Assembly (NCBI GenBank): GCA_964247055.1
Contig: OZ176051.1
Location: 10,912,001-10,976,000 of the forward strand
DNA length: 64,000 nt
Origin: Paragordius varius
Lineage: Eukaryota > Animalia > Nematomorpha
Direction: 5' to 3'
The position numbers and the translations under genes are program-made. Each line of letters begins with the position of its first letter. Position 1 is the stretch's first letter. This document shows positions 52,249 to 64,000 of the stretch, in pieces. The notes beneath the pieces are model-generated. The model was not told the DNA's origin and did not search any database. It saw only the letters and a program-made list of their open reading frames with translations.

Positions 52249-53419
52249 CAGTTTGTGCAAAATTTTTCATGAGATAACTTATGACCAGCGTATTCATTTG
52301 CCGCAAAAATTTTTATTTGTTGACAACCTAGTTTTTAAAATATAGAGAGAAAATAGAAAAAGTGAAAATTAAGGATAATTAAGTATAATTCAAAAAATTA
52401 TGATAAAATTTGAAATATTATGGTTTATTATCATTTTAGGAATTTTTAATATATAAATAGCCTAAAATCATATAGTTTGGGTTTCTATAAAAGTTCAGGT
52501 CAAAAGATGGCGTTTTTCTTTTATCACACTTAAAAGACAAATAAAATTTTATGAAACTATATTAAGATAATTTTTTTTAATTATTTACTTCCTAAACTCA
52601 CTATTAAAATCTTATCATTCATATTTTATTAGGTAAAATATACTTTTAAATCAAAATAAAACCAAAAATATTGTTTTTTTATTTTTGCATTTTTTTGTCA
52701 TCTGATTTATGACTATATAAAAAATTTATACTGTTTTATTTTGGATTCTTACATGATTAGGCATTATTAAGTAATGTAAAATAAGATTTAAAAGTAATGG
52801 AATATCAACCAACAGTCCTTACAATTTTCTGTAACAAGTCTGTTTTATGACAAATTAATATTTGTATTGGGATTTGTACAGATTGTTGGTTGATATTCCA
52901 CTAATTTTCAATCCTATTTTGCATAAATTATATGCTTAATAATTCCCACTCATTTAAAAATCCAGATGACAAAAAAATGCAAAAATAAAAAACAATATTT
53001 TTGGTTTTATGTTGAGTTTATTTTTCTGAATAAAATATGAATGTTAAGATTTTGATATAAAAAAAATTATTTTAATATAGTTTCATTAATTTTTTTTGTC
53101 TTTTAAGTGTGAAAAAAGGAAAACGCCATCTTTTGACCTGAAATTTATAGAAACCCAAACTATATGACTTTAGGCTATTTATATATTAAAAATATCTCCT
53201 AAAATGATAATAAACCATAATATTTCAAATTTTATTATAATTTTTGAATTATACTTAAATATCCTTAATATTCACTTTTTAATAGATTTCGATTTTTTCT
53301 CAATATTTCAAAAACTAGGTTGTCAACAAATAAATTGCGGCAAATGATTACCCTATAAGCTATCTCATGAAAAAAAATTTTTTCGTTAAATCAAAATGAC
53401 CCTCTTTTTTGCACACAAT
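52249..53419. mobile_element. About 1.17-kb near-perfect palindromic element, same family as 25847-27593
   Basis: The arms are reverse complements almost to the centre (GGAATATCAACCAACA / TGTTGGTTGATATTCC). Termini are eroded. Confidence 0.8.
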
Positions 53420-54166
53420 ATATATACTTATATCGTCGGAGTTTATATACGTGTTATGCCCATTTTTATCCATTTTCATTCAAAAACACTATATATTATG
53501 TTTTCTTTGGTTAAAAAGTGTTAAGTTCAAATATAGTTATATACGCTTTAAAACTGATCAAACAAGTTACATTTTACCCTAATAAATAAATTTAACTGTT
53601 TTCGACAAAAATATTTGTTATTTATGACTACTCACCTCGTCTTATGACCGGATTAACCTCACAAAACGCACACTCTAATCACAAGTATGGATTAGTGAAA
53701 TTATATTAAAAGCATATCAACTTTATCTAAAAGCATGAAATTTAAATAATATTGTTCTTATAAATTAAATAGGTAATATGCTATGTAAAAATATTTTGCA
53801 AGTAAATATATTTTATCACAGGAAATATATTGTTTTGATTTTTTGTAACGATTAGTAGTCGGCCAGCTTGGTGTCGAATATTTTATAATGTACTAATATA
53901 TTAAAAAAATTAAAATAGAGTCTGAAGGCATTTAAACGGCTCATGCGTATAACCAATCAAGTTTCAGTATATCCTAATATTATAGCATAGCTATATTAAA
54001 AGATACTTATATGTCCCATAATTTATAAATTGTTCAATATTGAGACATAATGTAATTAAACGTAAGTTTAGATAATATAAAATAAAATTTTATTATAATG
54101 ATTTAATATAATTGATATTATTATTTAATTAGAGAATATTTTTTATATTAAATTATAAAATCAAAG

Positions 54167-56560
54167 GAATGATCAGCGATGAATATATCGAAAGATTTGG
54201 CTCGGTTCCGCGACCAAGGAGCTCGCCATCCTCAAGTAATTTTACTATTACATATATATCATTAACGGCTATTGCTGCTTACTGTTTCTTTTTTTTTAAT
54301 TTACTCAGTATATGTAAAAAATTCTGATTTCATTCAGCAATGTCTCAAAAACAATTAATTTAGGTTTAATCGTGAAACAATGTTTTATTATTTATCTCTA
54401 TATTAATTTAAGGATAATATTTTGTTTATACGATTCAATAATTTTGGCATATGATGGGTGATTTATACTAATATATGTTTTTGCCCTAGATTGTGTTGAC
54501 AATTAAGATCACTGTCAGCTCTGGGCAAGCTTACGAGCCCTTAAGACAATGTGACATTTGATTATTTTTTAAAGTAGTTATCAGACCTTGTTTTCTGTAA
54601 AATAATACAATGATTAAATATGCAATAATTTAATGATGGAAAAGAAAAATGTAAATAACCTCAAAAAAATATGTTTACCTAATCAATGCCCCAAATCATC
54701 ACATTTCAAAGGAAAAAATAAACGAGATGTAGTCATAAATTTTACCGGTCAAACAGGTAAGTTTTAAAAAAAATCAATTGTTTTTATACAAAAGATTGTA
54801 CTTTGGCTTCTACACCATTTGCCCATCTCTCATTAATGTATGCTGTGCCAGATGGTTGTCATGCGGGAAACCATTATTCAAGCTATCCAAAGTCTTTAAA
54901 ATTATTAAAGTGTTATGATGAGAGGTTGAGTCTCGTTGATACAAAGTTGTATATTAGGGAAGTGGTTTCAATGTGTCTTTAAACGATTTTGCTGTGTTAG
55001 ACTCTAGTAAATCCTTTCTATGTCCTCCCCAATCCTGTCATTTTTTATGCATAGTTTAATCTTGGAATAACGGTTTTTCCGGGTTTTAGACGTTTATAAT
55101 ACACAATACGGCTTGGCCACCAGACGCAGAGCATGGTCTTTTTGCCGAAAAGCGATGTGGCCTTGGTGTAGATGGACTGGCTTGACATGAACAAAAGTCA
55201 TTTCTCATCACCGGCCTGAATTTGATGCAAAAAAGATTTCTTTTTAGAAGCAGGATTTCACAAGTTTTGCGGTTTTTGATTCAAGACGCTTATTCAAATT
55301 GTGTGGAACTTATTTACCTATTATTGGTCATTCCAATTGCTCAAAAACTGATTGTATTTTACGATACATGTTGCCAATTGTTGTTGAGTTTGAGTCCTAT
55401 CTCCTAAAAACTAGTGTTCTTTAGCATCTTTGGAGGTCTATCAGGAGGCCCACACACTTTCACATGAAATCACAACTTTTAATATTTTGAAAGCTTTGTT
55501 CACTATATGTTTCTACCAATAAATGTCAACAACAATAGTTTTTGGTTCTGACGGCAAAGCCGCAAATGTTTTTTTTCTGGGACGAAATTCGACATACTAA
55601 CTGAATGATAAAAACAAGACGCTAATTTATAGCAAACTCATCTTAAATATGTTTGTGGTTTAATATCACATGAACAAAATAGGCATCAAATTGGTCGCTA
55701 ATCTTCTTTAAGCTGAAACGGTATTTATTTATAGTCAAACCTGGTATATATCAAATTAAAAGTTAAAAATTATTAAGCGCATGTATACAAGATGTTTAAT
55801 CTTTATGTTAGTAAAACCAAAGATTTTAATGTATTTATAAATTTATAAAATTCGTTTGTATAAAGGGATATGCAACGTGGAAAACAATCAATTCCAGGAT
55901 CTAAATTACTTATATAACCAACCTAGGTTGTATATAATTTTATATTTAATTAGGGCAATATATTAAACGGTTGCCGCTTTTACCAACGGTTTAATTTCGT
56001 CGCGTTATAAAATAATCATATGTACCAGAAATTATTTCTTTATGTTTAAAATCATATCTTTTATGACAGATATTTGCATGTTAACATCAAAGTTAGCCAT
56101 TAAACATAAATTAATTTTCAAATGATTTTTGCTCCATAGCATAGCTATAAAATGAAATATGTAAAATTTTTTAATTCCTAAAATTAAATTAAAAGTTTAT
56201 TCACAACTCTACTACTGCATCAAGAGCGAAACATTGCCATAAACATTAGTGGTTGTAAAAAAATGCACCTGAAGGAAGTTTAATTTTTAATAGCCGTTTT
56301 TTGGAATTAACCTAAGAGTCATTATAAACTATTTTCATGAAAAAGCGGATGTTTGATATAATGTTTTACTACTCTTTTTAACAAACGGTAGAAATGGAAA
56401 TTTTACCACCCAAGCCTATTTAAGAAGATCAACTACAGGGGAAATATTTTGGGTTATGAGAACTACCAAGATACATCTGATACAGCCATTTTATACATAT
56501 TATGTCGTTAACCAAACTAAATATAAGAGCTATCTTCAAACTCTTTCCTATGGAACTAAA
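54167..56560 (+). CDS. Coding unit E, paralogue of D (intervening exon unresolved, possibly pseudogenised)
   Basis: 54167-54235 GMISDEYIERFG matches GMIREEYVETYG (both phase 1-1). 56392-56560 AYLRRSTTGEIFWVMRTTKIHL...YTY...YKSYLQTLSYGTK matches AYIHRHPNGEVEWIMRTKKLNL...YTY...YANYLASLQHGSK (both phase 2-0). Confidence 0.7.
54790..55700 (-). mobile_element. Mariner transposase remnant
   Basis: Minus strand reads AGDEK*LLF and KKTMLCVWWPSRIVYYKRLKPGKT. Heavily disrupted. Confidence 0.75.
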
Positions 56561-56686
56561 GTATGCTGCATTTATGCTACTTTGCATCAAATACACTAAA
56601 ATTATTTTCATTATTAGTGTATAAAGAGTGACATATATATTTTTGGAATTAACAATAAAAAATCCAATATTGGTTAGATATATATA

Positions 56687-56965
56687 CCATTTACAATTCA
56701 AATTCACCCTTGAATAATTTAATTTCAGTCTTGAACCAAATTCACCCTAAAAATAAATTATATTCGATAATATAACTCATCATTAAAAAGAATATTCTTA
56801 TGGCATAACTTATTATTTTTTTGGTATTATATTAATTTTAAATGTAATTTTATTTCTTATAAATATAAAAAAATATAGGTAATTTTCAATCCTAAGAAAT
56901 AAATAATATTTGAATTGTTCAAGGCTGAATTAGATTGTTTAAGGGTGAATTTGAACTGTAAATGG
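56687..56965. mobile_element. TA-flanked MITE, CCATTTACAATTCAAATTCACC TIR
   Basis: TA|CCATTTACAATTC...GAACTGTAAATGG|TA with internal repeats of TTCAAATTCACCC. A related copy lies at ~63590-63881. Confidence 0.8.
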
Positions 56966-57359
56966 TATATCTTACCATTCATAATAAAATAATGTCAGTT
57001 TAAACTATAGGTTTAGCAAGTATATTTAGGATTTAGTGTTTGTTCTAGTATAATATTTTTTTTATTTTAAAGAGAAAAAATTGATTTATAATTTTTTGTT
57101 GATTAGTTTTACAGTATTAAAAAATGGTTAACTTATTATTCATTATGTTAAAAACTAGTAAATAAATCATAGTAAAATACTGTATTTCCGTAGATTTTTT
57201 TTGAGCATAAATAAATATGGATTATTTATTTAACAGAATTTATTTTATAACTTATTGTACAGTGTACGTGTTTTCGGGGCGTTGATAAAATTATATGTCG
57301 GACACATGTATCAGATGGTGCTTTTTGTTTGGGTCTTAGGAGTCATTTAATAAAATATC

Positions 57360-57859
57360 CCATTTGCACTTCAAGAGTGTCCTTGAACACTTCAAGTTGG
57401 TCCTTTGACCTTTTTGTTTTGTTTACAACTTTTATCAATCAAATCGTGTATTATCCATTTATTCAATTAACCTATTTTCTATTATTTAACATAATCAAAT
57501 CAATATCAACTTTTAATCATGAGAAACAGTATATCTTTATTAATTTCTTAAAATTATTTTGGATCTTTAGATAATATAAGTAATTAAAAAATATATAAGT
57601 TTTCTGGGTTATTAATTACAATTTTATATTGAAAACTTAAAAGTTAATTATTTTGTTTAATTGAAATTACAAAAAGTGGTTATTGAATATAATTTTTATT
57701 TTTAAATAAATAAATAAAGAAAATTAGGTTAAAAATTAATAAAATAAAAAAATACATGCAAAAATTATGGTTAAATCAAAATTTAAAAATTTTAAGGACC
57801 AACTTGAGGTATTTAAGGACCAACTTGGAATATCAATGAACACCTTGAAGTGCAAATGG
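57360..57859. mobile_element. MITE with CCATTTGCACTTCAAG TIR
   Basis: CCATTTGCACTTCAAG...CTTGAAGTGCAAATGG|TA with subterminal ~21-bp AAGGACCAACTTG repeats. Confidence 0.75.
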
Positions 57860-58465
57860 TATATTTAACTTTTCTCGTAATGGTCCATATCGAAAAATCG
57901 CAAATTTAGTGCATATTATGCTAAATAAAAATTTTTGGTTAAAGCTTTGTTTTATTCCAATATTATTTTAATATAAATTAAATTTAAAAAACAATTCCAT
58001 ACAGTATTTAAATGTAGGCTCAGAATTTCAAAATTATTGATCTAAAATAGGCGTTATTGCACATTTTTAGCAATATAAAAATGTGTTTTATAAAAAAGTT
58101 AATAGCATTATCCTTATATCAAAATCTAGTAAAATATCGCGCAATCTCGGCATTCTTGGGTTTAGTTTAAGAAAACTAGCTATAATAATAGGTGCCCTAA
58201 TCTAAAAATATAAAATTTAAAATAATGCTTAGCTTTTTGAGTTTTTTGACATATTTTATAGGTATTTCAGAATAAAGCATTAAGTTTTAGCCAAAATATT
58301 TAACATAGTGTGCGCTAATTATATTATTTTTCTCTTTAAATGACTCGTAAGGAACAGCATCATGAGGATTCTGATACATTTATCTTAAATTAAAAATATA
58401 TTGCATCCGGATTTTTTTGTAAGCACTGTTTATACAAATAATCATAAAATAAAACACCTATATAG

Positions 58466-59903
58466 GTAATGGTGGAAATTAAGTCATACCAATATGCAAC
58501 ACTCTCTTATCTATGTACAAACATTACATTGTCTCGACTGAGTAAATGTTTCAATTTCACTGCATATTATTACAATGTACTGGCTACTAAGGAAATGCCA
58601 AAAAAAGTATATAAAATAGGGATCAGTTAACTACATAAAAATTACAAAGTTTTTTAGGGGAAACTTTTATGTATTATCTATTTTCATTCAGGTTTATTGT
58701 TAAATGACTCCCTCTTTTAAACAATACAACATTTTTTCGTCTGAAAAAAATTCATTCAACCTGACAGTGTATGAGTGTTTTCAGGGAAAAGAAAATTGAT
58801 TTAAATATTTATCGATTATGTTCTAGATTATTTTACTGTAAATTCAACAAATTTAAAAAATACCTTTTTCATTGATTTTAATAAATTTATAATATTGATT
58901 CAAAAAGAGGAATCTAAAATAATAACATCGATCTCTGCATTTAATCTAAATGTAATTTACAATAAAACCATTAATGTAATTTACAATAAAACCGACCAGG
59001 AAGTTTTTAATGAGAAAATATTCATGAAACTTGAAAACACTTTTATGGCCAAATCTTAAAACAATTATGAAAGGCCTTTAACTATTTTTTTATCTAAAAG
59101 CTAGAATTAGAAAAATGTTACAGGTATATAATTCCTTAAATTATAATATCATTAATTAGGCAGCATATTTTCGTTATTTAGTGTTTTGAGCATAGCCATT
59201 TATATATATCGAATTTGTAATTTAATTATAACTCGTTGTTTATCGTTACTTTCATATAAATATAGAAATATAAGATAGTTTTAAATTGATCACAAAAGCC
59301 TTACTATAATATAAATAAACTGACAAAAACGATCCCAAAATACACAAAATTTTTTAATTAAATTAACGATTAAATACCTATTTCTAGGGTTTTGTCAATA
59401 CTACATGCCTTTACTTCATAAATTGTTTTTACTTTTGAAATTATTTTTGGAATAATTAATATATGGCAAAATGACTGAACTAATATATATTTTGGTGGCA
59501 TAAGTTAATATAAATTAAAATTATATGAATATCAAATACATCATTAATTTAGATCCGTATCATGTTTGCCACAAACAGTGCTCATGCTTCAATCATAACT
59601 TTTGCCTATTATGATGATAATAAAAGAAATTCCTCATATTCCCTTGTTAACAGTATAGGAACCATTGAGAATGTTGGACGCTATAACCCTGATAAAATAA
59701 TTTATCCCGTATTTAAAGAAATTGATAATAATGACAATGCATCTGAGATGTCAAATGAAAAATTTCATTACTATATAATCATGGACGGGTGCTATACGCA
59801 AGGTAAAAATAATCATTGTATGTTTTAAAATAAATTAAATTAACGCAATATTTGTTAGATGTGGACACAAATGTCAAAGATTTCACCCATATTCTTGATG
59901 CAG
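58466..59903 (+). CDS. Coding unit B, paralogue of A
   Basis: Exons 58466-58606 (YLCTNITLSRLSKCFNF), 59553-59802 (DKIIYPVF...FHYYIIMDGCYTQ) and 59859-59903 (VKDFTHILDA) have the same phases as in A. Likely stop at ~59941; 5' link unresolved. Confidence 0.72.
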
Positions 59904-60019
59904 GTATTTTAAATATATATATAATAGCTAATACAGTGTAATATAAATGTAATTGTGTTAAATTTTATCGCATTAACTATAATGTTTTTTTGTTAAAATA
60001 CACCTAATTTTGAAACAAT

Positions 60020-60720
60020 TATTTATTCAAAAATATTCCCTCGATTTAAACATTTCTCTCATCTTTCTCATGTGGAAAAAATTGGCATACCAGAAAAACT
60101 GATTGTCTTTTGCGGTAAACCATAAGCCATTTTTTCCACCTTCAAAATTATTAAAGTGTTGCTCTGCCAGCATGCCCCTATTGATGTCAAGAAGAAATAG
60201 TTAGGGCGCCAAGTCTGGAAAGTATGGCGGGTGCAGCAAGAATTTTCATTGACTTTGCTGTGTAGAGCGTTCTCATCCTGCTAAACCACTTTGCCATGTC
60301 TTTATGGTCGTTTTTTTATTAATGCACGGATTAATTAATCATTTGGCTATAGTGTTATAATGGTTTCACTGAGTTTCAAAAGTTCATACAAATATAAATT
60401 TGGTTTAATCAGACACAGAACATAGTATTCCTACAGCGATTTGGGCTGGATGTTGAATTGGCTCAAGGTAAAAGCCACGATTATTTTCGCTTTGCATTTA
60501 CAAAATAAAGCATTCTCCCGCGTCACAATTCAATATCATTTTTTTCGTCACTTTGAAGTATGATATAAGTCCTTTTGAAATTATGGTTTGACATTTATTA
60601 GAATTATGAGTGACCCGTTTCCCTGTATTAGTTTTCCATTCCTCGTAAATTTTAATTTTTTATGTAATGTCTGTTTCGATAGCCGGTCCATGTGTGTGAC
60701 AATATTTTTAACCACATAGT
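60020..60720 (-). mobile_element. Second mariner remnant
   Basis: Minus strand reads LLHPPYFPDLAP (the HPPYSPDLAP motif) and shares AACACTTTAATAATTTT...ATGGTTT with the 54.9-kb remnant. Confidence 0.75.
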
Positions 60721-63589
60721 TTTGATTTAATGACATGTTTGCCAAAAATTTAGGTATTTATTGTTAAAAGAATAAAAGTAAATTTGCTGGCAAATAAATT
60801 CTTAAAAGACATTAATTTGGAATTTTCATTCCAGTAATTATAAAAAATTAAGTTAACAATAAGCCTGAAAAGTCATGGTGTTTTTTAGCGAAATACTGTG
60901 TCATTTTTTATGATTTAATTTTATGGAGGCTATAATGTGTGGTGCTAAGTTTTTAAAGCCTACAAAAAATATTTATCTTGTCGCATGGGCCGCACTATAT
61001 AATACGATAAAAATTTTATAGCTGTGTGACATATTTACAGATGGTCGTACATAAATAGTAAATTATAAAAAATTTTAAAAAATAATTTTCATAAATAAGT
61101 CCTTTTAAGGCCGAATGCAGCCCATGGGCCGCGGTTTAGGTACCACTGAGTGGATGATTAAAAAATGATTATGCAACGATTATCATAATTTAATACAAAA
61201 ATTAAAGGACATTATCAGTTTTTTTACCATCGAAATGAATTATTAAAATTTTGCAACATTTATATTGCGTCTCGCTTATAAACTCCCCCTCTAAGACAAC
61301 AACAAGTAAAATTTGGTGGCTAACGTCATTTAATTACACTGCTCAACAGGGTTTTGCACCACCCCATTATTTTTGCATTTTCTGATACCTAATGGCATGG
61401 ATAGGCCAAAACAAAAAAGAAAATTGAGGCCACCAATAGAATTTTTCCAAAATTTAATTTTTAAATTTGTATTTAATTCAAAAATAACAATCATTCCTCG
61501 TGTACATATGATTAAATATTCAAACAAGCAAGTCGATACAAGTAATATTCCATGCATGGATAACAAATTCTAATCATTAAATAAGATACTAAACAAGCTA
61601 AGAGCCAAAGTATTAAAAATCTAAAAGGGCTTAGTATAGTGTGATAGATCCGGGCGGCTGCACAAGCTCTGCATATCCCCCAAGCGAAATTATGCCAGAT
61701 ATGGCAAAGATAACAATAAGTAATCGTAAAGCCCGATGAGAGAGACTTGCAAGCAAAATCCAGGCAAATTGACATGTCAAATTAACCAATTTACAGAATA
61801 AAGTTAGATAAATTCTACAATTAAATTGAATAAAAAGATTAGGTAAATACAAATGGTCCAATCCCATAATAGTAAATTCTACTAAAAGTGGCTACACAAC
61901 ATCCATCTGAAATTAAAAATACAAAACAACCAATAATTTTAATAAATAAAGTATATCCACTAGGTATAAATAAAGAATTTTTTGTAAGAACCAACTCAAG
62001 AAAAAAAGCCTAACTCGAAAGAACGAAAACTAACAAAAAAAAATATAACCTATCTAAAAGCCGAAGGTTTAAACCATAGAATGCCTTTTTTAGTATTTTT
62101 TTAAAATTTTTTTATACGTATTAAAAAATCTCTTGAAAGAAAAAGACTAAATTTTGACGTTTAAGTCCGTACTATTTTTTCTCTCTGATATTTAAATGAC
62201 ATATTTATATTCAAAAGATAGATTTTAAAACGCTTTATTAAATGATACTAAGTTTATAATATAATAACATTTTATTATAAAGTTATATTTAATTTTCTCT
62301 CGATTTTCGCTTGTTTTTGAAAAATTGAAAAACCTATAAAATTTCAAAATTCTGATTGGCGGGATCAAAATTTTTTTCAAATTCGGTTTTAAAACACTGA
62401 AATTAGTCATAATTTAAAAAGTTTGAGTGGTGGTGCTCAAAAATGTCCAAATTTGTCGACTAGTGTTAGTCAAAGATGTGCCAAACAGCTGATTATCAAT
62501 ATATAAATGAGGTATGTAGAGAAAAATCCAAATATATATTACAGCCACAAAAATGGTATGATATAACCTTTGGGATTATGCTAATTTTGTCATATTAATT
62601 ACCTAAAAGAAATTCTTATATCAATAATAATTTTAGATATTTTAATTTAAACATAAGAAATATCTGGCCCATCAAATTTTGTATACTTTATATACCAAAA
62701 TCCAAATATTTTAAGCATGATATATTAAAATCTAAAATTATTTTAGATATTATTATTTAATATAGTAAAATTAAACATTTTATAAAGAAACGTTCTTAAA
62801 TGTTACCGATGACAAAATATGCCAATGGTTACAATTAGATGGATTATACAATATCGTGGATGATTATTTATTTCAACAATTCCTAAGGTATTATAATCAT
62901 AATAATTGTAATTTACGTATATTGTTCTTTTAGGAAAATGATGTTATAGTCAATATCAAAACAATATAATTTAAGTGAGGGAAAAAAACAAAATGGCGCC
63001 CAAAACATTTACAGTTTGAAAAATCCATAATAAAAAATCGGAGTTGATTGAAAATTAATTCTGAAGTTTATATAAAAAGATTAATTGATATTAGAGGCTT
63101 CTTCTTTGTGCAAATAATTTATTCAATTTCAAAGCATGACATATTGGGTAAACTTTAAATATGTTAAGTAAACATAAAATATAATAATAAAAATAAATTG
63201 CCGCATAATCGCAATTTTAAACATTTTGCGTTCAGGTTTATCTCTCATGATAGATTTTAATTAATATAATATAGTTGACGCGTGTTCCTATATTGTAATT
63301 ATAAAAACTAAGATATCCTTTTTTAATTTGCATATCTCAATATTATTAATTAATGCTGGCCCTTTTACTTATTGGATAAGACTCAACATTTATTTTTTGA
63401 GGCACACAGTGGGATACTAAAAAATTATAAACAAACATTATTACAAATGATCCAAAATGATATCGTTTATTATTAAAATATTTATAACTTTCATACTACT
63501 AATATGGTAATAATCATTTATATTTTATCCAAATTAAAACAACGGCTTCAAATTAAAAGCATAAGTTTATTAAATATACAATTGACAGT

Positions 63590-63881
63590 TTAAATTTACC
63601 CTTAAAGAATTCAAATTCACCTTTGAACAATTCGAATTCATCCTCGAACAATTCAAATTGACTGGGTGTTTTTTAAGATTAAAAATTACCTTTATTTTAT
63701 AATATTTTTTGATATGAAATTCTGTTTAAAATATGCTTAAAAAATAATAAACTATGTCATGAAAATATATTTCATATTAATGATGAGTTATATTAGAAAA
63801 CACATAATTTATTTTTAGGGTGATTTGAATTGTTCAGGGGTGAATTTGAATTGTTTGATGGTGAATTTGAATTGTAAATGG
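63590..63881. mobile_element. CCATTTACAATTC-family MITE, left end eroded
   Basis: Three ~21-bp GGTGAATTTGAATTG units ending GTAAATGG, with inverted units at ~63595-63660. Confidence 0.7.
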
Positions 63882-63908
63882 TCTCGCTTAATTTGATTTT
63901 AAATATTG

Positions 63909-63909
<1 letters not shown>

Positions 63910-63961
<52 letters not shown>
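63910..63961. repeat. (TA)n microsatellite (others at ~669-700, ~8407-8426, ~39395-39435, ~47215-47239, ~49250-49295)
   Basis: Direct reading. Confidence 0.95.
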
Positions 63962-63963
<2 letters not shown>

Positions 63964-64000
63964 AGGATTCCGTTATACAAATTAAATTTTGGTATAGTCA

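Noticed and set aside
61330-61870. Overlapping short ORFs in a slightly GC-richer patch
   Set aside because: Possibly a decayed retroelement, but no diagnostic motif was recognised.

Overview
Very AT-rich, intron-containing animal DNA (a collagen lysyl hydroxylase is present, GT-AG introns, standard code). It is not prokaryotic, and the species cannot be assigned from the sequence. Two genes are recognisable: a complete 21-exon PLOD/lysyl hydroxylase gene (7066-17614, +, about 949 aa) with long low-complexity insertions, and a two-exon secreted histidine acid phosphatase (39633-38153, -). Manual splicing also reveals a cluster of unrecognised Tyr/Asn-rich multi-exon coding units on the + strand, which the ORF track mostly misses. 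Block 21.3-35.5 kb and block 54.2-59.9 kb are clear exon-by-exon paralogues, with a more distant member at 40.9-49.6 kb and a decayed copy near 36.2 kb. Most of the rest is transposon-derived: CCATTT-ended Tc1/IS630-type elements with subterminal 20-21 bp arrays, nested hAT elements with 8-bp TSDs, a CACTG palindromic element containing a TTAA MITE, two head-to-head Helitron-like elements flanking a host exon, a decayed RTE/BovB-like LINE and mariner remnants. All gene models were spliced by eye and no database search was run.
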